Positions 48,747 through 62,540 are shown, counted from the whole stretch's first letter. The stretch is DNA of 62,719 nucleotides, filler included, from Choristocarpus tenellus KU-1152 (GCA_964200185.2; 11 parts of 11 records of this genome joined end to end with filler, not necessarily neighbours in it); one strand, 5' to 3'. A program made the numbers and translations. The notes: a model not told the origin generated them from the sequence alone.

Positions 48747-48974
48747 GCTAAAATGGTATCTTGACTGCATTTAATCATTAGTTCCTCTAAAACATCACTC
48801 TCTTGGTTGAGAGGAGATGGGGCAGCCACAAATCGTGCAAGAATGAACAAATCCGTTGAGAGAAGGCGATTGAANNNNNNNNNNNNNNNNNNNNNNNNNN
48901 NNNNNNNNNNNNNNNNNNTTAATTAATTAANNNNNNNNNNNNNNNNNNNNNNNNNNNNNNNNNNNNNNNNNNNN

Positions 48975-51900
48975 TCCCCCCCCCCAACTGCCACTGCCAC
49001 AGTTTTTATTTCCGGCTCCGGTGCTTGTGCGGCAGTGACTGACAATCCCTCAGTCACTGCCACAGGAGTCTCAACAGGAGCAGGCATTTTCTGGGAAAGT
49101 TCCTGCGCTTGCTCCGAAGCCATCTCTGCCTGCAGCTTGTCAAACTCCCGCAGAAGATCTTCCTCATTAGCGTCAGTCCAGGATCCACCAATGGCTCGGG
49201 AAATTTCCTGGAGGTGTACGTGCGCCACCGAGCGTGGGGTTGGCGGGTATGCAGGTGGGTGAGTTGAGGGGATTTTGATTTAAATCAATCAATCAATCAA
49301 TCAAAAGGTTCTATGCAAGGGAGGTGTACCAGCAAGGAGGTGTGTAAGGAGTCAAGAGACTCCACGATTATACAATCAGAAGAAAGAGTACTAAGAAATT
49401 TTGAAAATCCTCCTCTTTGAAAAACCTTTTGTTGACTTTGTTTTCGATGGAGGAATGAAAATAATAAAAATAATAGCATGCACTACGACTCTCAACTGGG
49501 ACTCGAATTGGGCTCCGGCATTGTTGTACGTGAGCGTATTCAGTTGTTTTTTTTGTACGTGAGAGCTAACAGAATTGGACAGAATTGGACGTAGAACTCT
49601 TCATGAAAAGACACAACTGAAGTGTGCAAAAATTGAAACACCAGTGCATGTTAAAAAAAAAAATCACGGACACAGGAGAAGAAAAAGAAAAAAAAGATGA
49701 ACGTTGCACTCACTACATAATTGCCATCAAACAGAGACAGTCTGACATACTGCCATCAAATAGAGATAGTCTGACATACTGCCATCAAATAGAGATAGTC
49801 TGACATATTGCTATCAAATAGAGACAGTCTGACATACTGCCATCAAATAGAGACAGTCTGACATATTGCTATCAAATAGAGACAGTCTGACATACTGCCA
49901 TCAAATAGAGACAGTCTGAAATATTGCTATCAAATAGAGACAATCTGACAACCCCACCCCTTCAAAAAACAGAGCACCAACAGCAGTTGGCCATTTTGAA
50001 TATCTTGCAATAGAAAACGGTTTATTGTTGTACCACTTGAAAAAATAAACTATGAAATACATAAATAAAAATAATATACCTTCTGTGATACAAAGTTTAA
50101 CTTGGTGCCAATTAGGTAAGTATTCAGAAAGACAGTGTATCTACCCTATCCCTTCCTATCTTCACTCCTCCCCTACCTTCAAAAACAGTGCATCTACCAA
50201 TTGTTTTATTTGACACGCAGATACTTCTCTTAATTGAGAAGGTTAAGTGCCATGACCTCACCAGACCAACTCAAGTATTCCATCTCCATCTGCAGCTATA
50301 TGCTTACAGAGACAGTCTAATAGACATCGCTTCCCAACTATCTGCAGCTATATCCCATCAATCCTCATCCTTTGAATACTAAACTGTTAGTAACAACTGA
50401 GTGCAGGTACAACACTATTTAGAGGATTGATTTATATGTCTTCCTCGAGTTGTAATTCTAACTTCTTAATGTCTGCAGTTGTGAGTTCTCACTGTCCTTT
50501 CCATAACACCAATGCATCGATGGATCAATCAAGGCAAGCAACACTCACTGTGACAGGGCTTAATGGCCTGCTACAGGGTTTGAGGGCGGATTACCAACTG
50601 ACCTCGCTCATTGCAATGGATTCGGCAGTGTCATCCATTAACTCCTCCACCTTATCCAACGGCATCTCTGTGTGTAGTCGGTCCAATGCCACATTGCCTT
50701 CTTTTAGTGCTTCAAACACTTTCAGCTGCTGTGACCCCCACTCAATGTTCTCCATCTAACCAATCAATGCACCAAAAGGGGGTGCATATATGTACAGACA
50801 GACAGACAGACAGACAGACACTTCAAGCACAAGAAAGCAAAAGAACAACAAAAATATCCACTAACCCTAAGTATTGCATGTGCACGTATGCGACACCTTT
50901 TAAGGAGCACTCAACACCGAGCATTGGAGTTAACATGAGGAAGGCTATGAACTGTACATTTCTTGTGTGGACTATTACCATCTGCATAACACTGAGAAGC
51001 TGACCATCAGCTTTGCTCGCTTGCTCCTGCTTGAACCTGTATTTTACACAGGAGGACGAAGACAACGTGAAAGGTCAGCACAATTGGATGAGATACTTGC
51101 ACATTGCGGCAAGGAATATGTTTCTCGCGATAAATATACTCTGCAAAGCTTCACCAGATAATGTTTGGTATAGGGCACATGTCCAACAACAATATCCTCA
51201 CAGACAAAGAAGCACGGTGAGTAAGGAGAGTTCGTGAGTCACAAACTAGTTGATGCAACTCTGACAGGGAGACACAAAATGAGGCCAAGGGTTTTGCGAG
51301 GAGTGTCCAGGATGAATCTTTCAGGCTTTAGACATCAAATATCCCTCTCCTATTTTTTGCCGCGAAGTAACCAGTCATACTTTCATGTTATCAAGTCCCC
51401 GTTTGCTCTGGGAATTTCTAAAGAGTGGATCTCGAGAAAGAGGCATTAAACTCTGGTTCTTGCGGACTGCCGTAACTTCTATTACGACTCACTTTTTTAT
51501 CTTGAGGAGCAGCAGGGCCTTGTCTTTTTGTCCCTCCTTCACGAGGGTCAGGGCCTGACTTTGCAACCTAGACGATTCCTTATCTAACTGGAGAGCAGGG
51601 GGTGGGTGGTGACAGTTAACAGTTGGACCAGAGAGAGGAGCATGTACCGCATCAAGGAGAATGACAAAAGGAAGAGAACGATGGCCAAAAAAGCAACTAC
51701 TTTCGTGTTTTCCTCATTTTTCCAAAACACAGCATGCCCGCACTACTATATTGAAGAAGGAACTGTGCCAGGGTATGGGACAAAAGCACATTTCAAGGAG
51801 ATGCAAAAATGTAAGAGTGATTGAAAACAGTCAAGAACGTCCAAAACAAGCAAAAAGACCGACTTACGATAATATAGTCAGTGCATTGTGTGTGCAGAGA

Positions 51901-52070
51901 ATGGACTTACTGGACTTCCTCGCCCTCGTTCTCCAGGTCTTACTCACCCTCTTTTGATACTTCTGCAAGCGGTCCCTTGAGTTCTTCAAATCAAGAACAG
52001 CTCGGTCCTGGTCGGTGACTCGGGACTTGTTTTTCTTGGCACGTTTTGACTTTCCCACGAGATTACCCAT
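48975..52070 (-). CDS. VPS20: ESCRT-III subunit VPS20/CHMP6 (Snf7 family); stop codon lost at the contig end
   Basis: Exons 52070-51948 (MGNLVGK…RVTDQDRAVLDLKNSRDRLQKYQKR), 51587-51493 (GQKDKALLLLKIKK), 51036-50979, 50755-50603 (IEWGSQQLKVFEALKEGNVAL…VEELMDDTAESI) and 49207-><48975 splice in frame. The N-terminal MG fits myristoylation typical of CHMP6. Confidence 0.93.
49722..49950. repeat. Intronic minisatellite, 8 x 29 bp
   Basis: Unit TGC(C/T)ATCAAATAGAGA(C/T)AGTCTGACATA(C/T), head-to-tail with no spacers. Confidence 0.95.
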
Positions 52071-52611
52071 CCTAGAGTAACGTCCTACGATTCGACCGTG
52101 CCAACCCCTTGCGATTGAGTTGAAGGGCGTACGACCTGTCAAGTCAAAACCTCTCAAGTCTGTCCAAAATCCCCAACTCAACCATTCTCCTCACACAAGA
52201 TTTTTTGCGTGTGAACGCGCCACAAATGCTCGCGCCATCCAAGACTGAGAATAGAAGATGATGGTATGTTTGACTATTAGTGTTACACTCTGATAGGAGA
52301 ATAACACCCTTACGAATATATCAAGAAGGATCTACATACTCCCACATTGGTTTCCTAATTCTCTTTCAACTTGATTAAAAAGAATATGAGTGGACAAAAA
52401 CAAAGATTTAATTGTTATGATCCATATCAACATCACTTTGATTTTTGACTGTCCATTAAAAACCTTTTTGTCTTGTCGGTCCAATATCGATATATCGGGG
52501 GCGATGCATATCGTATTTTCTCAATGCCGATAGTTGATTCCCCATAATCTCTTAAAACACCACAAAACCACGACGCCCTGATGACCCTGATGGTTTCAGA
52601 GATACACCTTA

Positions 52612-52688
52612 GACCGAAAGTATCTTGGGGGGGGGGGGGGTCTACAGCAGAGTATCCGTTTGGACCAAAACCAGGAAAAGCGCACTTT
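52612..52688 (-). mobile_element. MITE family B terminus at a contig end
   Basis: GACCGAAAGTATCTT-(G tract)-TCTACA…ACCAGGAAAAGCGCACTTT. Confidence 0.8.
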
Positions 52689-52788
52689 NNNNNNNNNNNN
52701 NNNNNNNNNNNNNNNNNNNNNNNNNNNNNNNNTTAATTAATTAANNNNNNNNNNNNNNNNNNNNNNNNNNNNNNNNNNNNNNNNNNNN

Positions 52789-53761
52789 CCCTAACCACAT
52801 TATATGGAGGTCTCGTTCCATGGCTCCTCCTTCCTCTGTAGACAGGGCAACATCCTGGCAGAGACGCCTCGCCTCCCTAGCTTCCTGGTGGAAGTGGCTC
52901 TCTTCCAACTCCTATGGGAGTTCCAAAACGATTTGCTCCAGCAGACAAGTGTTAATGGAATCCAGATCAGCCAGTTGAACGTGACGGATGACTCTGACAG
53001 ACCGCTCGTTGAGCCACAACTTCCTCCTGATTTACAAAAAAAAAACACCCTGTAAATCCCAGTAATTATTTTACAATGGAGATACTGCATGGAGAGATAT
53101 TTCATAATCTACGTAGAACCTGACAACATTATCTGAACAAAAGCACAACAAAAATCCTTCAACTTTAAACCTCAACCCCTCTACCCTACTATACATTGAC
53201 TGGTTTCGTGTTGGTATATGAATTGTGATCCCTTCAGAGAGGACGACCCATTTCCAGGTGGGATGCTGGTCAACCATATCTAGTTCAGTTTCGTCTTAGA
53301 CCACTCGGTAGTTGGGCAGTTAGTTAGGTTGCTTGGCAAGCACTTATCTTGCAGTCAAGGCTTGGCACAGATATGTTTGTGGTTCAGGGCAAAAAACGGC
53401 ACGTTAGTGCTCCAATAGTGATGTAGCTTCTTCACTGGTATTGTGCTACTGTCAATTGGACTACTACTAGATGTAAATGTCAGCAATGCCTTGACATGTC
53501 ACCTGAGCAGGGACAACCTATTCACATGTGCCATTCTACCTAGCAGCACCAGGCCTCGATACATGGTGCCGTTGATATGTCGTTGACTGGTGTGCCCATT
53601 GCCTTATGTACGAGAAATTCCCCACACAAACCTCAACACATCTCGCCGCAATGCATTGGCATACCCTGGCCAAGGAGAACTTTACTCAAGTGCCATTGTG
53701 CGTAGCAGCACCAAGGCTTGGTCCAAGGTGCTGTTGAGGTCATTGATTATGCTGATTGCCC
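52789..53761 (-). pseudogene. Spliced but disrupted coding remnant, unidentified
   Basis: Exon-like segment 53028-52789 reads RKLWLNERSVRVIRHVQLADLD…LELP*ELEESHFHQEAREARR with one in-frame TAG. The upstream segment ~53761-53480 has two diverged peptide repeats (ND.N.T….LVLL..MA) with stops. Confidence 0.35.
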
Positions 53762-54382
53762 TGAGTACGAAGGTGTTAACAGTAAAATAAATAAACTCAA
53801 ACCATTCTTTCTATGTTCACTGTACTTTATTTACAACAAAAAATGTCACGCAAGCAACGATATTTGAAGACAAGTAAGCATCGATGGAAATAGGGATGGG
53901 CATCGCCATTCGAGGTCTTAAGGAGAAATAGAGTCAAGTGGGTGGGAGAAGGCGTTGGATGTTCACCTTGGGGTCACTGCTCTCCTGCAAACCCCTACCA
54001 TGCGTGTTGTGGCCACCATTTTGGCTCCAAGGTGTGTAAACCCAAGCTCATCTAACCCCACACCGCCTCTTTTGTCCTGTGAAACTCAAACGGACCATGC
54101 CAGACTCCATACATATTTCCATTTCCTAAGGGATACGAGTTTGCGCACAAGCGACCATCAGCATCAGTACAGACTTATTGACTCACGCAAAGCGAAATAC
54201 ATAATTGGCTATTAATTTTAAAAGCTAAAGTAGCATCATGATATACAAAGTCGGACATGATCTAATTGTTCGTAGATAGTGCTGCTGATACACTATAAAC
54301 ACCACCGGTGGATTATGTAATAGGATGGAGAGCCAGTGACATATATCATGTCCTGACTCATCATAGTGTCCATTGATTTGAG

Positions 54383-54637
54383 TGTTGTGTTCAAGATACA
54401 CTTACCATATTTAAGAAAGGTAAATAAGTGATTCATGGTAAATTAGTGTGGACGATTGCAAACCCCACACTATAGGAATAGTTCTGATAGTCCAGGCTTG
54501 TCTCACCCACCTATTCAGTCAACGGAATTGAGACCACAAGCCCCCTTGTAACCCTAACATTGCACATCTACACCAAGCTATTCACCGTCCTTCATCAAAG
54601 CACCAAAGCCGCGGGTCCAGTGCGGAATATTTCAACA
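54383..54637 (+). mobile_element. Ty1/copia-type LTR, full length (~255 bp)
   Basis: TGTTG…CAACA termini, with homologous partial copies at 55672-55776 and 17117-17330. No TSD or PBS recognised. Confidence 0.75.
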
Positions 54638-55005
54638 CTCTACGTAGCGGACTGATTATTTCTGGGACGTTGTGCTGATCGACGAGGCTAGTAGTAAGCA
54701 ATTATAGTATACGAGATGTCTGCCACCAATACCACCAAGACAACAACTCTGACGACATTTGCAGGAAAACTGGGTGAAGACTCTTACGCCTTTATGGTAA
54801 GGGCCCAGGCTACCCTCGGTGTTCATGACTGCTAAACCGCTCTGCATGGTCCAGACATCATCTGCGGACTGATATGGGCAGTGGATATCAAATCATCAAG
54901 TTCTCCGAGAAACGAAGGGGACCAAGTCACAAGAGTTTCACCATCACCTGTTCCTGTCACGGCCAGCAACATCAACCTTCAACTGGCCACTATACGGGCG
55001 AAGGA

Positions 55006-55156
55006 GAGTGAAAGTATCTTAGAGGGTACGAGTTTTGCCCTGTTTGGCCATTTGGGGCTTGGCTTCCCTCGGGTTNNNNNNNNNNACATCAAAATCGCAA
55101 CATTGGAATTTGGGCCCCAAATGGACGCGGCTCTACCCTCTAAGATACTTTGGCTC
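55006..55156 (+). mobile_element. MITE family A, collapsed across a 10-N gap
   Basis: Both TIRs are present and the interior is replaced by Ns. The flanks (AGGA/TGAA) do not match, so two copies may be joined. Confidence 0.85.
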
Positions 55157-55299
55157 TGAAAACATGGCAGCTCATGCTGATCATGCTGCAAGGCCGTGCC
55201 TTGCATGTGTTTTTTGCGCCTGGGTCTCCAAGTGCAGGGTGGCGCGCCCTTGATGCAGCGTTCATGCCAAAGACCTGTCAGGAGGCGAGGCATGTGCGC

Positions 55300-55776
55300 C
55301 AGGAACCCGACTGACCTACGATCGACAACAGGAAGGACCCTTCACCAGGACTGACTGAACTATCCAAGTTAACAACGAGACTGGAGTCCATGGGAGAGGT
55401 CATAGCCGAAGAGACCAAGGTGGCCACTATAGTCAACAAGCTTGAGGAGAACTACTCCCAAGTCAAGAACTTTGTTGATTTTGGGGAAACGAAGAGTGTT
55501 AAGGAAGTGGAAGATATGGATGTTGTGAGGTACAAGACCCTGCAAGCGATCAACATGGGCAGGCCCATTGGGAGCGGTCATGCTTTGGTTGCAAGTGTGG
55601 GAAAGAGTAACGCAGGCAGAAAGGGGCGTGGAAAGGGGCGCATAGTCTGTTTCAAGTGTGACAAAGATGGTCGCACAAACCCCTTTGTAATACTAACATT
55701 GCACATCTACACCAAGCTATTCATTGTCCTTCATCAAAGTACCAAAGCCGCGGGTCCAGTATGGAATATTTCAACA
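55300..55776 (+). mobile_element. Copia gag remnant fused directly to an LTR 3' portion
   Basis: LSKLTTRLESMGEVIAEETKVATIVNKLEENYSQVK (UBN2-type gag)…ALVA…GRGKGRIVCFKCDKDG (truncated CCHC knuckle) runs into the LTR sequence at 55672-55776, ending CAACA. Confidence 0.75.
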
Positions 55777-55981
55777 CTTATCTCATGGAACAATTATAAA
55801 GTACTGTAATCCACGTTCAATTTCAAAACTCTTGTCTTCGAGGGCAACATGGGTACAGCACTTAAGGGGTTGCAGTAGGGGTTTACAGGCGACCTCTCTG
55901 GTCTCGAGAAGATAGAGTGTACAGGGGTAGTCTTTTCTGTTACTTACCTAGCCCTGCAGCATGGGACACACGGAGACTTAT

Positions 55982-56241
55982 GAGTGAAAGTATCTTAGAG
56001 GGTACGAATTTTGCCCTGTTTGTCCATTTGGGGCTTGGCTTACCATGGAGTACTTGTATGATATTTTTCTACTCCAAAATGTTTCGGAGTAGATAAAATG
56101 TATACGTCATGAAAGGTTGCGTCCGTAACAAGGATATTGACACTTCCTAACAAACAGGATAGACAAAATTACATCGAAATCGCAACATTGAATTTTGACC
56201 CCCAAATGGACGCGGCTCTACCCTCTAAGATACTTTGGCTC
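55982..56241 (+). mobile_element. MITE family A, complete (260 bp)
   Basis: TIRs GAGTGAAAGTATCTTAGAGGGTA / TACCCTCTAAGATACTTTGGCTC, flanked by TTAT/TTAT. Confidence 0.92.
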
Positions 56242-56731
56242 TTATCGAATAGAGTTAGTTCATTAAAAGATGCAGCACACGTACTCTGTTTAAGCAGTGG
56301 GGGGGGAGAGTGTGACCTTTATGGCTGTTGCGGACAAGAGGATGTTCCCGTATATAATGTAGAGAGAGGGGAGGGGAACTACGAGCGGGTACAGCAATGC
56401 TGTCTTCCACGCACTAGTAGCGAAGAGGTCATCGCTAGTACTCACGGAGGGGGAAGGAGAGGTATCCGGAAAGGCTGGGGTGTGCCTGTATGGTGTTGGG
56501 GGGATCTCTTTCTCCATCTTCCACTGAACCACTCACTATTACTGTGTGGACTTCTCGCAAGACTCAGTGCTCTGATATGTGTCTCTCCTGTGACAAACTT
56601 CCTCGTACCAACATATTATGTCTGTTTCAATTCTCCAATCAAGTCAAACTTAGATTCACCACTCTCGGTATGTGTGTCTCGATGTACCAGGTTTTACTAC
56701 ATTCACCTCGTCTACGTGAAGGTTCTACGTA

Positions 56732-57110
56732 CTACCTCCGTGCCGTAAGTCTGTGCTGCGTTGTCCGTAACGTTTGAAGACGTTGATGAACTTCATTTCT
56801 GAAAGAAGATTTCGAATCCTTGACGAATTTCTGGTTATGTCCAGCTCTTTTTTATTGTTATTAATCCCCATCCGTCACAATTTTATCGGCCACAGAAAAA
56901 GCCTCCATGTATACCTTCGGCGTGTTTTCAAGCTCACCAGACAATTAACTGCCTCTTCCTTACTCCTGTGCGCTCCACACTGAAGTCATTCCCCCCTTTG
57001 TATCTAATTGCTTGATTGTACACCACAAAAAGGAGCTTCCAAGCCCTCTCAAGAGTGGTGGTTTCATCATACTATCATTCATTGCGGGAAAGGCTCTTTG
57101 CTGAGCCCTC
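56732..57110 (-). mobile_element. 3' end of a plant-type (DD39D-like) mariner transposon
   Basis: Decayed reading YDETTTLERAWKLLFVVYNQAIRYKGGNDFSVERTGVRKRQ matches the GGN-x-Y/F C-terminal block of this transposase group. Downstream lies a Stowaway-like terminus TA|CTACCTCCGT at 56730-56741. Confidence 0.7.
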
Positions 57111-59352
57111 TGATGTGTCATGAAGGCGTAGTATGAAGGATACATTTAATAATCTCTGAGAGGCGCACACATTAAGTACAACACAACCTATTGTAAGCAT
57201 TATGCAACAATTCATTGTACTTTTCTGTCTCATTAAAAAAAGTAGCACGATGGAGGCACACTCCTGGATGATATGACTGTGCGTATTGTTTTCACTCTTC
57301 CAGCAATGTCGAGAGGTGTAGATGTTGATGTTTCTTGTAGGTCAGTCCCGTCTTCTACTTTGCCTGAAGAACTTCCTCACATCAAACTCTTTTCCTAGGA
57401 AATATAAGATACATTAAACCTACATAAGAAAAAGTCTACACCTACTTTTTGTTTCCAGTGATATTTCATCCAATGACATCACGTAATACAGTTTCTTTCA
57501 AAACTGCCGAGGAAAGAACCAAAATAGCAGAATCAAATCCATTTGATAGGATCAGGTAGGACAATCCAAAGAAACGTTTGAATTGCCAATACCACAACAG
57601 CCTGCTCACACGCAGTAAGAATCGGACATCATACTTTACTTCAACTGAATTTCCGATAGTTGGGGTATTTTCAGTCATGTTCATTTGTGTGATCCATGCA
57701 TATCTGATTCACTCACATGTAGAATGTATATAAAAAGTAAGCAATACCCCTTCATACATCTCAGTAAATTATCTTTAAAAATTTCACTTTTTTCCAATAC
57801 AATCCTATTCATATCCCCTACAATAACATTATGGTCGAGCCACTTTTATTTGAGATCTCAAGTACACAACTCAGTATTTGTGTAGCCCCCCAAGGTGGTC
57901 ACAAGTGGTGTCTACTACTTCAAACCAGTGTTCAAAAAAGAGTCAACAAAAATTGTGGTCGGACGGTAACCAAAAATTGTCACAGGTATTACCAATCTCC
58001 ATTATTATAAAGTGGTCTTGGACAGAACGCAAGCAAGAGTTGTGGAACTCCCAACAAATTGTATATTGAATTTCAATATCTATGATTGGCTCAAATACGT
58101 GAGGCAATTGGGTTCAACAAGGACGTTGCCTGTTTTGCATTCCACTTTTCTCCTTTTGCCTATCATATATACACAACAGTGTGTGCTGTATGAATACAGC
58201 GGAAAACGTACGTTATGTCTTGTGTGCTCTGATTTCAAGGGTGACAGTTAAGACTTGAGCAGAGTTCAGACTTAACCTATTCTAACTTGCCGTATTGAGT
58301 GGAAAGCAAAAACCTTTTGCTCAAGTTTGTCCAGCCTTGGATTCACAATTTGGCACTGAGGTTATGGAATGGTAGCTACCGCACAAAACAAATTATGGAT
58401 TAGGGACCACCTTACTTCAACATTTGGGCATGCCATCAACTGTAACCACTACGTTTAAAAGAAATTTACATAATCTCTATCAAGATGGTAAACAGATAAG
58501 AACTGTACTAGAGGAACCTCCCCCCACCAAATCACCTGAACACTACAACAGAAGTAATGATAGGTTGGTTCCTCACCTGCAAGCATCTTGGTTGTAAACT
58601 ACAAAGTATTAACAAAGGAAATTTCTTGCATCCACCATACCCCTTTCCTGGACCGTTCATCATCAAAGGGCGCAGGCAGGGGTGCACCTTACCCTGACCA
58701 CGACAAGGCAAAAATACTCTGGAATAACAGTTCACATTTGCCTGGAGGAGGAGCTGGTGAGACAATCTAGAACAAATTCCACAAAGCCTCAAGTACGAAA
58801 TCGATTTCAAGGTAAGGATCACAGCACAACCAAGTAAGGTTGTGCATCCATTACCTCATGGACACCAGTCTTGCCTCAAAATCGAGTTCGACTGTCAATT
58901 GGAAGAGCAGTATTATTGAAAAAGCAGCAGTGCTTATATATTTGACATTGTTACTTGCAGGCAATGGGCAAAAGAGGTTAATGAGGGTATGCGTGGGGAG
59001 GGATAAAAGGTGGCAATATGACTGTGAGTCAAGACACCTACCACTCCGACACACCACATTGAAACAGATGTCACTGTTATTCCTTCTGTCGCTGAAAGTG
59101 CGTCAGTAGTTTTGACATGCCCATGTAGACAAGAGAAGAGCCCCATCCCTATTTCCACAAAGCACCCAGTTTCAGCACATGACAGAGCACACACTGACTC
59201 GACTACAGACATAGGCTATGTCGAAAGTTCAGAAACTCAAGTTGAGTAATCACATGCTACCGCCTTCCTCTCCCTTCCACTGGATCCACTCCACATAGAA
59301 GCTTTTTGTTCTCAAGCAACAGCGTCATAGTTTTCGTTCTCATTTGCTGAGA

Positions 59353-60782
<1,430 letters not shown>

Positions 60783-61237
60783 GGTTACTCAAGTGGTTTG
60801 ATACGAAAAGGTGGTGCTGCTGCTGCCACCACTGCCTCCGTTCCAGGATCACCTCCTTCAGAACCACCAACCATTTCAACAAGCCTCCGCATGTTTATCA
60901 ATATCCCAGACGTTATTTTTTTTGTTTCTATGATGTCCTCAAAACCCTTTTGGAATTTCATCGTAAGGGTATGGGAATGAAGAGAAGGCAATTTCGAACG
61001 TTACTCCTCGGTACCCCTCTTCTACCTTAGCTTTTAGTGTCGGACTAATATCGTGCACCCCACCCTACCGACGGTATACAGGTGAGCCAGTGCGGCTCCA
61101 GGTGGTATTGCACCTTAACCATTAGAGGTTGTAACTTTGTGATTGGAAAGTTCATTTAGTTCTTCTACTGCGTCTCTCGGCGTGGATCCTGATCCCCTGA
61201 GTGCTTTACAAATTTTCTCCGTTGGACAGATAGAGTT

Positions 61238-62390
61238 ATGGACATCCAAGCACCCTCTCCTGAGCCTGTGGTAGAGAAGGTGAGGTCAGGGGTAATAGAT
61301 GTAAAATAGGACGTCACTATCTTTGTTTATCTTCCATTCCTGCCATGCTGTAAAATCTGGGTTGTAGTGCAAGGACAATCGGAGCGCCACCTTGAAAAGT
61401 GTGTAATAGAAGATGAATTCCTTGTGATTTGAATCCGTTACTATCTTTGATACCAAGTTTGCAAAGCCCATTCGCCTTTTCATGGAAGGGTGGTTAGTTG
61501 GGAAGGGATATCTGCGTACCACATTTGACACTATATGCCACATTACTACCCTGTTCTAGATTGGATTCGGTACCCCATATTGTTTCGAGGTAGCGAGATC
61601 CGCTGTACCCGAAAGGCCGTTGCAACTCAAACAACCAATCAAGCGTACTCGAAAACTTACATCCACGTACACCATCCTTCACTTACACGGTACGCTAGGA
61701 CTGCAGAGAGTTTACTGCCCGCTACACTCCTTCGATCTCGTGACTTAGCTTGTAGTGCTTCTCCTTTGAACTATTACCTTCGCACGGTCCCCAACATTCC
61801 TCACGCCCACTATACTTGGATGGAAGTGTCACTCGATCCCCTCCTGTTTTGTTCTTTCCACAATACCTAGGTGCTTCGAGACATGGCACTTTTCTTGATA
61901 GAGAACGCATCTGGGTTAAGTGCGGCAACCCTTCTGTTCGTCTTCTTTTGCGTATTAACACGCCTGCTCTCCTCTGATGGCGAAGAAGAGAGGTGCGACC
62001 CCTCGCAACTAACGGGTGAAAGTTGTGGGAAAGCTCCACTGGTTGCTGGGAGTGTGACTGAGTGAAGAAAATTCAAATCGCTACACTTATTGATGCACAG
62101 TTTTAATTCTTGCCGGTACTTGTGTTTTTTTCTGGACTGTGTAGGGTAGAAATGCCTCTTTCCCCTGGTCGAACATGTTGCATGACCCTGCTTCCTACTT
62201 TGCACTTTGACAGATCTTCTAAATCCCTGCGACGGGGTGGGCCTCGCCCCCGGTGGGAAGTGCTTGGTTACCTGAACTACCTAGTGATAGCACTGTTTGT
62301 GTCTTCCATCACTTACGTGGTGTTCAACTACCGAACCATGTCTCACGCTGATAGCGGCAATGGAGGTTTATTCCCTATTCTTGTGATTTG
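61238..62390 (+). CDS. Unidentified membrane protein, 5' part
   Basis: Candidate exons 61238-61279, 61560-61589, 61871-61992 and 62214-62390 give MDIQAPSPEPVVEK-IGFGTPYCFE-VLRDMALFLIENASGLSAATLLFVFFCVLTRLL…WEVLGYLNYLVIALFVSSITYVVF. Two hydrophobic helices. The last two exons are best supported. Confidence 0.6.
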
Positions 62391-62540
62391 GTGAGATAGT
62401 GTGATACAGTGAATCATCATTGCACCAAAAAATGCCTCTTCAAGTTCTTGCATGTTTTCTCTGTTTGTATTGATGCTTTATTTTTGTTCATGTGGGAATA
62501 TCATGTGAACATATTCATTGTACTTATTTGATCAACCTAG

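Noticed and set aside
49722-49950. CRISPR-like array of 29-bp repeats
   Set aside because: No spacers and no cas genes; it lies in a eukaryotic intron and is a minisatellite.
42040-53028. Alternative genetic code (TAA/TAG = Gln) suggested by in-frame stops
   Set aside because: Stops occur only in decayed ORFs, some of which also have TGA stops and frameshifts. Conserved genes have none, and RPS27 ends in TAA.
61110-62205. Multi-exon minus-strand gene feeding into the ORF upstream of RPS27
   Set aside because: It needs weak or non-canonical donors and overlaps a better-supported plus-strand gene with strong splice sites.
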